Shown here: in pieces, positions 54,695 through 64,000 of the stretch | How positions within the stretch are numbered: the stretch's first letter is position 1 | Layout of the letters: every line of letters starts with the position of its first letter | Virus record (IMG/VR): IMGVR_UViG_3300043803_002450 | Direction: 5' to 3' (one strand) | Length of the DNA: 64,000 nt | From: an uncultured virus (IMG/VR IMGVR_UViG_3300043803_002450) | Lineage: Duplodnaviria; Heunggongvirae; Uroviricota; Caudoviricetes | Notes under the pieces: generated by a model | Database searches by the model: none | What the model saw: only the letters and a program-made list of their open reading frames with translations | What the model was told of the DNA's origin: nothing | Made by a program: the position numbers and the translations under genes

Positions 54695-55072
54695 TTGAGC
54701 GCTCTTGAGGATCAGTTTCTTGGGCTTTGGCAAGCTCGTTATCCGCAGCTCTATTTAGAGCGTGAATACAGCGACATCGAGGCCTGGGAAAAGGATTATC
54801 AAGAGCGCTATTCTCGCAGTAAACGCTCAAAAAGGTATCGTCTTGACTTTGCTCACCCCGACTCTCGTACTGGCATCGAAATACAGGGTGGTGTTTACAA
54901 TCGTGGCCGCCACGTCACTGGCTCTGGGTATGAGCGAGATTGCAAAAAATATAATCTCGCCTATACGAGTGGTTGGACGATCTTTTTGCTCACGAATGCC
55001 ATGGCCAAAGACTCCACCTGGCTCTCGTTGATTGCTTCGCATATTTCCGAGTCATCCTCTCCATCTCTCTAG
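54695..55072 (+). CDS. Restriction-like endonuclease / putative resolvase
   Basis: YRLDFA......IEIQGG.....H......D..KYN.A...GW. Confidence 0.75.
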   Translation: MSALEDQFLGLWQARYPQLYLEREYSDIEAWEKDYQERYSRSKRSKRYRLDFAHPDSRTGIEIQGGVYNRGRHVTGSGYERDCKKYNLAYTSGWTIFLLTNAMAKDSTWLSLIASHISESSSPSL

Positions 55073-55370
55073 CGGCTTCCATTATCAGCTCATCAGCGGC
55101 TTCAAGGTCCAAGTCTTTCTTTGCTAACGCTTGTCGAAGCTGGATGTTCTCCAGCATCAGACCTTGTATGGCCGTGTGCATTGAAGACCATCCTTCCAGC
55201 AGGTTCCTGGCTACTGGCTTGAGCTGATCAAGACTGCCACATTCATCGATTGCCTTCTTGTTGACCGTCAAGGCAAATTCCCTTTCAGGTGAATGCTCGA
55301 ACGGTCCCATAGCGGCTTGGTATTTTCGGCCATTGTAGTCGACCACATCCACGGGGATTACAAATTTCAT
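54990..55370 (-). CDS. Hypothetical coiled-coil protein
   Basis: ATG at 55370 (MKFVIPVD...). Confidence 0.55.
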   Translation of the reverse strand: MKFVIPVDVVDYNGRKYQAAMGPFEHSPEREFALTVNKKAIDECGSLDQLKPVARNLLEGWSSMHTAIQGLMLENIQLRQALAKKDLDLEAADELIMEAAREMERMTRKYAKQSTRARWSLWPWHS

Positions 55371-55515
55371 TGTTGCTTTACTGTCCTGAATACAGGCTAA
55401 AGCCAATGAGTGAAGGCAAGGAGGAGAAAGCCGAAAAGAAAATGGCGGTTGCCACGAAACTATTGCCGCGCAGCTCGGCAAGCCGTACAATTGGTCAGCC
55501 TTTATTGCTGCCTCA

Positions 55516-56223
55516 ATGCCGCCTGCTGCCGATCCGTTGAACGATGGCAAGAGCTGTTTGGTGCTTGTCGATTCAATGGGGAACAGTCTTTCCGTTGTGA
55601 ACGATGCGCGTCAAAGCTTCGCTGCTAAGTCAGAAGAGTGGACCGAAAAAGACGGAAAGCTGTTGCGTTATCTGGCCCGCGAGCACCATACAAGCCCGTT
55701 CAGGGGCGTTGTCTTTAAGTGGTTCGTGAAAGCGCCGCTGTTTGTTGCCAGGCAATGGTGGAAACATACGGTCGCCTCGACTTACGTGGATGATCAGCTC
55801 GGTTGGAACGAGAAAAGCTTTCGCTATTGCTCGGCCGAAGATGCGGAGTTCTACATGCCAGCCGTCTTTATGCGGCAGAGCGAAAGCAACAGGCAGGCCT
55901 CAGACGGCCCTCTGACGAGCTCCGCTCAAGATCGGGCATCAATCTTCTATCGGGAAGCCATCGGCACCTCCAAGGCCGCTTACGAGGAGCTGGTGGCAAT
56001 GGGAGTGAGCAAGGAGCAAGCGCGAGCAGTGCTGCCACCTGCGATGTACACTTCGTTTGTCTGGACTTGTTCGCTCCAGGCTCTGTTTCATTTCATCAGC
56101 CTCCGCAAAGGAGCTGGTGCCCAAGGAGAGATTATTGCTTATGCCGATGCCCTTCTCGAGCTAGGGAGCTCAGTGGCTCCTGAGGCTTTCGAGGCCTTTA
56201 CTTCAAACAACTACCAATTTTGA
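55516..56223 (+). CDS. thyX: Flavin-dependent thymidylate synthase
   Basis: HTSPF, APLFVARQWWKH, NEKSFRY, KEQARAVLP, FISLR...AQGEI. Confidence 0.95.
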   Translation: MPPAADPLNDGKSCLVLVDSMGNSLSVVNDARQSFAAKSEEWTEKDGKLLRYLAREHHTSPFRGVVFKWFVKAPLFVARQWWKHTVASTYVDDQLGWNEKSFRYCSAEDAEFYMPAVFMRQSESNRQASDGPLTSSAQDRASIFYREAIGTSKAAYEELVAMGVSKEQARAVLPPAMYTSFVWTCSLQALFHFISLRKGAGAQGEIIAYADALLELGSSVAPEAFEAFTSNNYQF

Positions 56224-56603
56224 TCATGAACGATTCCGTGAACAGCCCCGCTCATTACTCGTTTGGAGGCATTGAATGCATCGAAGCGCTTGAAGCCTGC
56301 TCGTCTAACGAGGGTTTTTGTGCTCATTTGAAACTTACGGCGATTGCTTATCTCTGGCGGTACGAAAAAAAAGGCGGCGTCGAAGATTTGAAAAAGGCAC
56401 AGTGGTACTTAAAACGCCTAATTGCAATTAAAGAGCAAGAAGAAGCTAAAGCTCAGAGGATTAAAAAAGAGAGCTCAAAAGTGATGGAATATATAGCTAA
56501 TCATGATCCTGATGACTATTTGATCAGCGGCTGCCCTGACGGCTTTTGCCCCATGCCTGAATTCAGGCAAGGCCCTCGAGAAATTTTCTCTCCGATCAAC
56601 TAG
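56220..56603 (+). CDS. DUF3310-family protein (T7 gp1.7-like nucleotide kinase family)
   Basis: VNSPAHY..GGIECIE...YLWR...KGGVEDLKKAQWYL. Confidence 0.85.
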   Translation: MIMNDSVNSPAHYSFGGIECIEALEACSSNEGFCAHLKLTAIAYLWRYEKKGGVEDLKKAQWYLKRLIAIKEQEEAKAQRIKKESSKVMEYIANHDPDDYLISGCPDGFCPMPEFRQGPREIFSPIN

Positions 56604-57078
56604 CTAAGCATAAAGAAAGCGGCCAAATACGAGCCGCTTTTTCTTTCGCTTCATGAATGGGCACGATGCGCTGCGTTTCCTGCATCCACTCTTCCCATGG
56701 GCCAATTGAACTATGGGCACTAATGAAGCTATGAGCATATATCCAACTCATCAACGCTTCTTCGCGCTGTGCGCTCCAAAATAATTGAGGACGCCACCAT
56801 TCAAACAAAGGCAAGTTGCTCTTGGAAGCGTTACAGCTTAAGCAACAAGGAGCACTGTTCCACTTTGAGAAGTGCGGACCGCCCTTGCTCTTGGGCACAA
56901 TGTGATCAATGGTCAGCTTCTCGTTCCATTTGCCGCAATAGGCACAGGCACAGTGGCCAAAAGTGCCCCGTAGCGGGTAGTCCTCAAAAATGCTTTTTCG
57001 AAAGCGACGCTTAGCTTCTCCAGGGCGCAAAACAGACAATGAAAACAGAAGTTCTTCGGCACCATTGTCTTTTCCCAT
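56596..57078 (-). CDS. HNH endonuclease
   Basis: CAYCG.....LTIDHIVPKSKGG......N..PCC..CN..K. Confidence 0.9.
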   Translation of the reverse strand: MGKDNGAEELLFSLSVLRPGEAKRRFRKSIFEDYPLRGTFGHCACAYCGKWNEKLTIDHIVPKSKGGPHFSKWNSAPCCLSCNASKSNLPLFEWWRPQLFWSAQREEALMSWIYAHSFISAHSSIGPWEEWMQETQRIVPIHEAKEKAARIWPLSLCLAS

Positions 57079-57190
57079 GGCAGCAATTCGCTGTCTTGCC
57101 TTTAGCTTAAGGCAGCAAAAAGACCATCGCGAAGGCTATAAAGCATCGCCACGGAAGCCCTAGAATGAGCATGACGGTTGCATTGAAGCT

Positions 57191-57400
57191 GTGAAAAGCT
57201 GGCAGGAACAGCTCGCCAATTTGGCAGTAAGCGTAACGGCCGGCATGCTTCTGGCCACTGGTGGCACGATGGTTGGCATTGGAATGCAACAGGCTCGAAT
57301 TACTGAGCAAGTGGAGACTGTCACTGAAAAGCTGGATGCCCTGACCAATAATATGAAGGACTTAGAAGTGCGAGTGCGCTCCCTCGAAATTCGACGCTAG
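57191..57400 (+). CDS. Small membrane protein with coiled coil (lysis region)
   Basis: One hydrophobic helix then heptad repeat ending VRSLEIRR. Confidence 0.6.
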   Translation: MKSWQEQLANLAVSVTAGMLLATGGTMVGIGMQQARITEQVETVTEKLDALTNNMKDLEVRVRSLEIRR

Positions 57401-57425
57401 GCTTAAGCAAACGCTTTTGATTTCC

Positions 57426-57569
57426 ATGACCTCCATCGAATGGTTCGTGATTGGTGGCATCATCATCGCTGCTGTTGATCAAGTTATCGAAAAGACTCCC
57501 TACAAGAGCAACAATATCATTCAACTCATTCTGACAGGCCTCAAAGCAATCTTTCGCGTGAAGGGCTGA
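57426..57569 (+). CDS. Holin-like peptide, 47 aa (absent from the ORF track)
   Basis: MTSIEWFVIGGIIIAAVDQVIEKTPYKSNNIIQLILTGLKAIFRVKG, 3 nt before the endolysin. Confidence 0.65.
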   Translation: MTSIEWFVIGGIIIAAVDQVIEKTPYKSNNIIQLILTGLKAIFRVKG

Positions 57570-57572
57570 CGA

Positions 57573-58517
57573 ATGTCCGCCGAGCGAGTATTCTGGGATC
57601 AGTGCTTTGCTATTGCCCGCAAATGCGGGGCACGGTTTCCAGAGCTCGTAGCGGCTCAATGTTGTCTTGAAAGTGGTTTTGGCAAGCACTTTTCTGGCGC
57701 CAACAACGTCTTGGGACTTAAGGGAGACGGGACGACCGTCTCTACCAAAGAGTTTTACGATGGTCAGTGGGTAACGATTAAGGCTGGCTTTCTTGACTTT
57801 CCAAGCATTGCCGCCTGTATTGAATACCTTATCACTCGTTGGTACAAGGACTACCGCCATTTCAAGGGCATCAACAATGCCCCCAACCGCTACGCAGCGG
57901 CTCGGATGCTTTATCAACAGAAATACGCGACGGACCCTGACTACCCGACGAAGCTTTCTAAGTTGATGAAACAATACGCTCCTGAATCAACAACTGTCAC
58001 CATGATTGGCCCCAAGAAGCGTCCTCAAGATTTTGGTTTTAAGCAAGGCGATTCGCATCTTATTGTGAACGATGCCAGCGAAACCATGAAAGCTTTTTCC
58101 TTCGAGGGAAAGCTGCTATGGGAGATTCCTTGCTTGGCTCGGGGGCAATATAGTGACTTCGAGTGGAAGCTGCAAAAATCTGACACTCCTCCGGGGCTTT
58201 ACCGGCTCGGTCAGCTTTACAACGACTACGCCCTTCATGGCGACAAGGCCCCTTACGACAGGACGCTCATGGCATATGGCTGGGCCTTTTATGACATGAT
58301 CGAGCTAGAGGGCCAGGAAAAAGGAACTGGACGTGCTGGAATTGGTCTCCATGGAGGCGGCAGTGCGCTGGGATGGCCTGGAGCCTGGGCACCTAAGCAA
58401 GCGCTTGTGGCAACTCACGGTTGTTGCAGGATCTTCAATCAAGACCTTATCAACAAAGTACTTCCGCTCTACAGAAAAGGAACGGTGTTCGTAAGCGTTT
58501 TTCAAGAAAGTCAATGA
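57573..58517 (+). CDS. Endolysin: GH73 glucosaminidase-like domain plus L,D-transpeptidase-like (YkuD) domain
   Basis: AAQCCLESGFG, NNVLGLKG, YATDPDY; C-terminal DTPPGLY...IGLHGGG...THGCCR. Confidence 0.85.
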   Translation: MSAERVFWDQCFAIARKCGARFPELVAAQCCLESGFGKHFSGANNVLGLKGDGTTVSTKEFYDGQWVTIKAGFLDFPSIAACIEYLITRWYKDYRHFKGINNAPNRYAAARMLYQQKYATDPDYPTKLSKLMKQYAPESTTVTMIGPKKRPQDFGFKQGDSHLIVNDASETMKAFSFEGKLLWEIPCLARGQYSDFEWKLQKSDTPPGLYRLGQLYNDYALHGDKAPYDRTLMAYGWAFYDMIELEGQEKGTGRAGIGLHGGGSALGWPGAWAPKQALVATHGCCRIFNQDLINKVLPLYRKGTVFVSVFQESQ

Positions 58518-58921
58518 ACTGGCGGGAATGGTTCCTCGCGCTTTGTTACGAGCTAGCCCTTGAGCTGGCCAAACAACGCCCTTCCATCGTTTCCCAGTGG
58601 TGGTATAAACAGCTTTTGGAATGGTGCAGGCCTGCGTGGGTGGAACGGAAAACGCAAACGACGTTACAGGCCGTTGACAAGCAGGCTGCAACATTGGTTG
58701 AGCAATGGGAGAAAGAAGAGCGAGAGCATCGCTCAGAAACTCTTGCCGCCAAAGCTCAGGAGCTTTTCCCGAGGGCTACTGTGACGCCTTTGCTCGACGC
58801 AGTGGTGCCAAGCGTGATGATCGTCCACGAAGCGCCAGACGATGCCAGCGAGGCAATCAAGGCCCTTGGCGCAGAACTCCGCATCACTTGGACACTCGGG
58901 AATCAAGACCCATCCCAATAA
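58514..58921 (+). CDS. Hypothetical protein in lysis module
   Basis: ATGA overlap with endolysin. Confidence 0.55.
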   Translation: MNWREWFLALCYELALELAKQRPSIVSQWWYKQLLEWCRPAWVERKTQTTLQAVDKQAATLVEQWEKEEREHRSETLAAKAQELFPRATVTPLLDAVVPSVMIVHEAPDDASEAIKALGAELRITWTLGNQDPSQ

Positions 58922-59386
58922 AGTTGTGCAGCGCCATGTAGTGCGCAAGTCCATCGCCATATTCCAGCCCAAACACGTCATAAACGGCCCATCGATAAGA
59001 ACCGCGATCTTCCACTTCGGCGCGATACATCAGTTTTGCAATCTGCCGGAAAGCCCTTGCCCGGCTTTCGTAGTCCAAGCTGTCCCACCAAGCGTCATCG
59101 CTTGCTTGCTGACTTCGTTCAAAAGCCGCAAAGGATTCTTGAAGCTTTTTCAATTCAGGCGAGTTCAAGAAATCGCCAAGAGACCGTTTCCCCTCGCTGG
59201 CAATTAAATCATCTTGTCCCTCAAGGCCTTCCATTTGCGCAATTCCTTTTCGTGATAATTTAACCACGAATCAATGGCCGCGACAATCGTTTCGTAACAG
59301 GCATCCGCACAATCTTCGTCTGTCATTAGCTCTTGCAAGATTTCGGCAAGCGCTTCTTGCTGGCTTTCCCTAAAACCTAGTTCCAA
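58884..59386 (-). other. Two overlapping hypothetical genes (58884-59267, 59204-59386)
   Basis: Plausible ORFs at the end of the leftward late transcript. Confidence 0.5.
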
Positions 59387-59410
59387 GGCAATGGTCCGCG
59401 AAAGTGCTTT

Positions 59411-60634
59411 CTATACTACTTCCACCCAGCCAATCATGCCCAAGGCTTTGGCGCTGGTAGAACTGTCAACAGTCAAAATAAGAGTGTCACTCACTCCAGA
59501 AGCATTTTGTCCGAGGGCAAGACGAATGGCCTCTGCCGCTGTATAGTTATTGGCACTGCCTTGGCTGACGAAGCCAGAGTCGATAACCGTGCCTCCCGTA
59601 GCAGTGCCGCTTGTCGTCACTTCTACATTTCCACGGCCATTGTTTGCCGCTGTCCACGTAACGCCTGAAAGGGTCGGGTTGAGACGCAAGCGCCATAGCA
59701 CCACGTCACTGGTGGCGATAGTCGTTGAAATGCGAACTGGCAAGATTACATTTCCAGTGCGACCGCTAGCCATTCGAATGCCTGCTGTAATTCTTTCGCC
59801 AGACGTATTAGGAACAGCCGCAAGATCATGGCTAACAGAATAAATTGCGCCGTCCGGTTCGTAGCCTCCTTCGCTAAGGACACTGCAGCAAATCTGCTTC
59901 ATCGTCGCGCCAGAGGCTTGAGCAGTTGCATTGTAAATTCGGTATGACATTGGCAAAATAGCAGTTGTCATGTAAACGCTATTTAGCGCATTAAAATGCT
60001 CAAATTCATGGCAGTAAGTCACTTCTCCATTGACAACAAACCCACACCTCACACGTCCAACGCCAAGCCACTCCAAGTCAGCAGCAAAGATTTGCGCTTT
60101 TGAAAAATCAAGGGAGCTCAGTGTATTTATGTTCCAGGATGATTGATTAACGACATTTTCAACCACTGCGCCAGAAGAATAGCTTCTAATGACAAACTGA
60201 ACCGTGGTTCCACTAGCTCGAACCATCACTCCATTTTGATCATTAAACAAACCAGCCTCTTGAATAAGCCCAGAAGCCAATGGAGCGCCGGCAAAACTTT
60301 GCAAAAGCATCATACTCTTGCCTGCTTGATAGGGGAAATTTTGCTTGGTGCGGCGAAGAACTGTATCGCCAGAAGCCGTGGTGACTGTCATCGCCACGCT
60401 GCTTTCATTTGTCAAGAAGTTAGAAGTGCCACTGCCAACAATGCTGTCGAACCATTGATCAGGGCGCTTGTCATAGCGCATTGTGCTGTCAAACAGCGTA
60501 TAAGGACTGCTTGTACGCTGTCTTCCAAAGGCATCGACAGCGCCACTATCTACGCCACTTTGAACAAGTTGGCCTCGATAGTCGGCAAGAATGTGAGTTT
60601 CAAACTGCTCTCCACCCTTTACAACTTGTGCCAC
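59411..60634 (-). CDS. Probable virion structural protein (beta-rich)
   Basis: DAFGRQRTSSPYTLFDS, YQAGKS, WLGVGRVRCGF motifs; Ser/Thr/Gly-rich. Confidence 0.65.
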   Translation of the reverse strand: MAQVVKGGEQFETHILADYRGQLVQSGVDSGAVDAFGRQRTSSPYTLFDSTMRYDKRPDQWFDSIVGSGTSNFLTNESSVAMTVTTASGDTVLRRTKQNFPYQAGKSMMLLQSFAGAPLASGLIQEAGLFNDQNGVMVRASGTTVQFVIRSYSSGAVVENVVNQSSWNINTLSSLDFSKAQIFAADLEWLGVGRVRCGFVVNGEVTYCHEFEHFNALNSVYMTTAILPMSYRIYNATAQASGATMKQICCSVLSEGGYEPDGAIYSVSHDLAAVPNTSGERITAGIRMASGRTGNVILPVRISTTIATSDVVLWRLRLNPTLSGVTWTAANNGRGNVEVTTSGTATGGTVIDSGFVSQGSANNYTAAEAIRLALGQNASGVSDTLILTVDSSTSAKALGMIGWVEVV

Positions 60635-60658
60635 GATTCATCCTCATTTCCCTCTATC

Positions 60659-60895
60659 CTAATCTTTCTGGTTTCCATAAGCCTCATCGTATTCCGTGGC
60701 AATCGAAATCATGGCGTCAGAAACACTCTGTGGTGCGTAGCCGCAAGCCATCATGAACTGATAGAAAGCCCTTGCCACTGCAGGAGCGGCATCGGCACTG
60801 TAAACGTGATTGATTTCTTGATACGAACAAGTATCGTGGCAAACTCCATCATCAGAAAAACGATGGGAAAAGGAAATTGTGTTGACCACTGCCAT
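60659..60895 (-). CDS. Hypothetical protein
   Basis: 78-aa ORF. Confidence 0.55.
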   Translation of the reverse strand: MAVVNTISFSHRFSDDGVCHDTCSYQEINHVYSADAAPAVARAFYQFMMACGYAPQSVSDAMISIATEYDEAYGNQKD

Positions 60896-60947
60896 TGCAT
60901 GAAAAAGGAGGCCCCGTCATGGTAGCCTCCTTGTCCTGATAGGTCAA

Positions 60948-61088
60948 TTAACGATTGCCCTGGCCAATCCTTAGTTTTCGACCGTGGCTTGGCTTGCTAT
61001 TTTTGCCGTTGCCTTGTCTGGTGGTTTTGGGCTGACTGATAATAATGCGTTTCGAGCTCGAGGCGCCCGCTTTTGCCTTTACTGCCAT
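60948..61088 (-). CDS. Small highly basic protein, 46 aa (absent from the ORF track)
   Basis: MAVKAKAGASSSKRIIISQPKTTRQGNGKNSKPSHGRKLRIGQGNR; TAATG overlap with upstream gene. Confidence 0.65.
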   Translation of the reverse strand: MAVKAKAGASSSKRIIISQPKTTRQGNGKNSKPSHGRKLRIGQGNR

Positions 61089-61615
61089 TAGAAGCCGCTG
61101 GTAGTACTATTCGAAAACATCATAGTGTCGTCGTTCGACTCTGAAACTGGCTGTGGCGCGTAAGGATCAGCGGGCCACACGGGGTAGTTGGCGCCAGTGA
61201 TGTAGGCAGCGAGATCAGTGGTGTCAAGGGTGTCACGAATTACTCCCACCTTCACGCCGGTAGCCAGGCGGATGTCCTCGCGCCAAGTCTTAAGCAGTGG
61301 GTCAGCAGCTTTGCCGTTGTCAGCTTCGCGGATGATGATCCAGTCCGTAGGGGCCAGCAGCGTGTTCGCCGTGGTGCGCGTCTGCGCCACCCACTGCTCG
61401 ACCAGTTGCGTGTGGTCCTTCGGGATCAGCTCGCCCTCGGCGTCGTAGCCCCAGTAAAAACGTTGGTCGTAAACCGGAGGGTCAGGTACTTCAGTGATAC
61501 CAATGGCTGCACGTTCTTCTGGGCTGCTTAATCTCAGAAAATTAGCCGGGTACTGAATCCCATCGTGCGTGAAGGCCACGTCTGGGGCCAAGGGTTTGCC
61601 GTCAAGAAGGAACAC
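61088..61615 (-). CDS. Tail fibre assembly chaperone
   Basis: GTG start MFLLDGKPL...QYPANFLRL...AIGITE; LLAPTDW...WREDIR motif. Confidence 0.75.
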   Translation of the reverse strand: MFLLDGKPLAPDVAFTHDGIQYPANFLRLSSPEERAAIGITEVPDPPVYDQRFYWGYDAEGELIPKDHTQLVEQWVAQTRTTANTLLAPTDWIIIREADNGKAADPLLKTWREDIRLATGVKVGVIRDTLDTTDLAAYITGANYPVWPADPYAPQPVSESNDDTMMFSNSTTSGF

Positions 61616-61673
61616 AAGTGCTGGAGCGGGAAGTCTCAGTGTATTATACCCTGACCCTGGCATACTCCATTCC

Positions 61674-62522
61674 ATGCATAAAACCCTTCAGCAGGCTTGG
61701 CTCGAATTCAAGCAGGAACGAAGTACCGTTGTCCACCCGACCACGTTTGAGGCCGATTACAAGCAGGTGAGCAAATGGATTGAACGATGCCCCATAACCG
61801 ACTTAAAAGAAGGACGGCAGGTCATGACGTGGGTGCTGTCGCAAAGTCCAGTAAAAAGCACGCGGCGAGTTGCGATGTACATCAAGTCGCTCTATCGGTG
61901 GGCTTCAAGCGAGGATATTGGCTATCTAGAACGAAATCCAATCACCACTTTTCGCATGCCAAAACCCCCTCAGGCAGACGAGGAAATCATTGTTATACCG
62001 CGCAATGAAGTGTCGCTTTTACTGTCTGCCTTTGAGGCGCGTCAACACAAGCACAATTGGGCTGCCTATTCAGAATTCATGCTTCAAACTGCCATGAGGA
62101 CAGGCGAAGTAAGGGCATTGCGATGGGAAGACATTAAGGACAATCGCGCCCTTGTTCACAGCAATTACACTCTCACCCATGGCCTTAAGAACAGCACAAA
62201 AACAAACAAAAAACGAGCAGTGCCATTAAATGGCAGGTGCTTGGAAATTTTGAGCACGATGGAAGGGGATAATGATTTCATTTTTCCGTATAATCGCTAC
62301 GCTTTTCAATCCTTCTTCTACGACAGGGCTAAAGAGCTGTACGCCGCTGGCCTCACTTCCCATCGCTATCGGCCATATGACCTGCGTCACACTGCGATCA
62401 GCAGGTGGATAGAGGGAGGCATTCCCGTGGCGCAAGTAGCTAAATGGGCGGGAAATAGTTCAGAAGTGATTTGGAAGCACTACTGCAATGTCACTCAAGA
62501 ATACGAAATGCCCGTGCTCTGA
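61674..62522 (+). CDS. Tyrosine recombinase / integrase
   Basis: TAMRTGE (R), TKT (K), YDLRHT, GNS, KHY (catalytic Tyr). Confidence 0.92.
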   Translation: MHKTLQQAWLEFKQERSTVVHPTTFEADYKQVSKWIERCPITDLKEGRQVMTWVLSQSPVKSTRRVAMYIKSLYRWASSEDIGYLERNPITTFRMPKPPQADEEIIVIPRNEVSLLLSAFEARQHKHNWAAYSEFMLQTAMRTGEVRALRWEDIKDNRALVHSNYTLTHGLKNSTKTNKKRAVPLNGRCLEILSTMEGDNDFIFPYNRYAFQSFFYDRAKELYAAGLTSHRYRPYDLRHTAISRWIEGGIPVAQVAKWAGNSSEVIWKHYCNVTQEYEMPVL

Positions 62523-62548
62523 CCAATTAACCTTTTCTTCCTATTCCC

Positions 62549-63356
62549 ATGACTGACGAACAAATTCAAGAGATCATGTACATGCACGCAAACTGCTTCA
62601 CCAATTACATCTGCTTCAGCGATCAGGGCGTGCTCGACTTTGCCCGTGCCGTACTGGACCAGGCTGGATACAAAACACCAGAGCCGCAACCCGAGCCTAT
62701 CGGAGCAAGTTATGCCGACGCTATGTGGCGATTTTCGGAAAGCGTGGACAAACTGCAGGGGAAGTTGGAATGACTACTGGGCTTCAAGTTCGGTGGCAAT
62801 GGCGAGGAATTGCTCTCGAATTAAATCAGCCTTTTCGTACCAGCAGTTGTCAATAATCTCGTGCTCAACCGGCACCACCTGATCCGCAGCAGCTCGCAGG
62901 GCGGCGGCAGCAATCTCCCGGGAGTAACACTCAGGGTTGATCTCGTACTGCATGGCAGCATCCAGCACAGCCTGCGCGGGGGGAGAGAGGTCAGTCATTG
63001 ATCTGCTCCAGTGCGCGAAGAAGGATGTTGTAATGGGCTGAGTCCAGTTCAGCATCATCCAGTATTGCCAACGCCTGCTCCTTCAAGCTCAGTGGCTTGG
63101 GGCGGCGTGCGGCACGGAGTTGTCGTGATTCACCAGACCAACCTTCTCGATTTAGCCATTCACAGCACGCCTGCAGCTCCTGGTCGGCAGCGGCCTGGAT
63201 CTCGGGTCCGCGTTGATCCCAGCCCCATTGCGCGGCCATTGAGACAACATAATCTTCTGCTTCTGAGCCCGTGTACTGACGGTGGTTGCTTTCTTCCCAC
63301 CACTGCTGCACCAGCTCCGGCGGTGGCGTTATCGGGTGCTTGTAATCTTGGGTCAT
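62549..63356. other. Three small hypothetical genes (62549-62773 +, 62774-62998 -, 62991-63356 -)
   Basis: Short ORFs (MTDLSPPAQAVLDA..., ...HPITPPPELVQQW...) between integrase and tail fibre gene. Confidence 0.6.
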
Positions 63357-63462
63357 CGTCGATCCTCCAATCGGCGGTCATGGGGCAGGGTGTTAGCGCA
63401 CCGCTGCTCCACCACATTACCATCCTGACAAGCCGCCACACAGGTCTTGTTCTCTAGTGGGG

Positions 63463-64000
63463 TCAGCGGGCGCGGGCGTAATTAAAGGGAACTTCTGCCC
63501 ATGCGCAGTAAATCCATGTACTGCCAGATGACATTCCTGGGTTTCGCATTTTAAAGCCGTTTGAAACCACATCTAAAGAATAAGTTGAACTGTTTACCAC
63601 TTCAGCGTCGCTTAAGTTTGGATACAGCTCTTTTGACGCGTAGTTGTATGAATCACGAGACGTGTCCCAAACAATCCAATTTGATGTATTTGTAGTTTGC
63701 TTGACCAGCAAGAGGCGCGGCCTAAATCCACAATAAACAAAACTTGAATCCGAAGTACCTGTAGGGTTGAAGATGCCAAAACTAGAGTACCCGACTACTG
63801 GGGCGAATGCGTATATCACATGCGTGTAACCAGAAAAGTTAGTTGATCCCGAGACGCCTAGTGTGATGACGGTAGAAGTCGGGCTAGTGCTATTCCAAGT
63901 GGAGGAAGAACCTGCCGCTGCAGTGGTATTCAGGATGATGGATTGAGCATTTCCGAGCGACTGATGGTAGCAGGACCATTCGCTGGAATTACTGCGACTC
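63463..64000 (-). CDS. Tail fibre protein, C-terminal part (start outside window)
   Basis: Frame open to window end; GYSSFG...FVYCGFRPRLLLVK...SNGFK.R...PFNYARAR. Confidence 0.8.
   Translation of the reverse strand, partial: SRSNSSEWSCYHQSLGNAQSIILNTTAAAGSSSTWNSTSPTSTVITLGVSGSTNFSGYTHVIYAFAPVVGYSSFGIFNPTGTSDSSFVYCGFRPRLLLVKQTTNTSNWIVWDTSRDSYNYASKELYPNLSDAEVVNSSTYSLDVVSNGFKMRNPGMSSGSTWIYCAWAEVPFNYARAR

Overview
The window is most of the genome of a tailed dsDNA phage with a long non-contractile tail. It is very probably a temperate cyanophage of a picocyanobacterium. The host inference rests on a cyanophage-type RNR, DUF4278-like peptides behind a glutamine-II-like riboswitch, and RpaB/HLR1-like boxes. 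Layout: tail and head genes on the minus strand (1-25445); TerL divergent on plus (25999-27372); a small-RNA and small-peptide cluster (28020-29690); RNR; a largely non-coding, repeat-rich control region around a Gp88-like gene (33380-36040); a leftward block of short early genes with repeated promoter elements; an HNH/SF2-helicase/unknown cassette; RlpA; a structured ncRNA; a distant TerS candidate; replication, recombination and nucleotide genes; lysis genes; and an integrase cassette between a tail fibre gene and its chaperone. Most notable observations: (1) three -1 frameshift candidates, two outside the usual tail-chaperone site; (2) an 8 x 34-bp interspaced array next to 4 x 21-bp repeats; (3) a GT4-GT25 fusion plus a radical-SAM/SPASM enzyme inside the head operon; (4) a riboswitch-peptide pair converging on an unannotated YRG-motif peptide; (5) several unassigned structured RNAs and a non-canonical tRNA. 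All family assignments come from motif recognition by eye, not from database searches.
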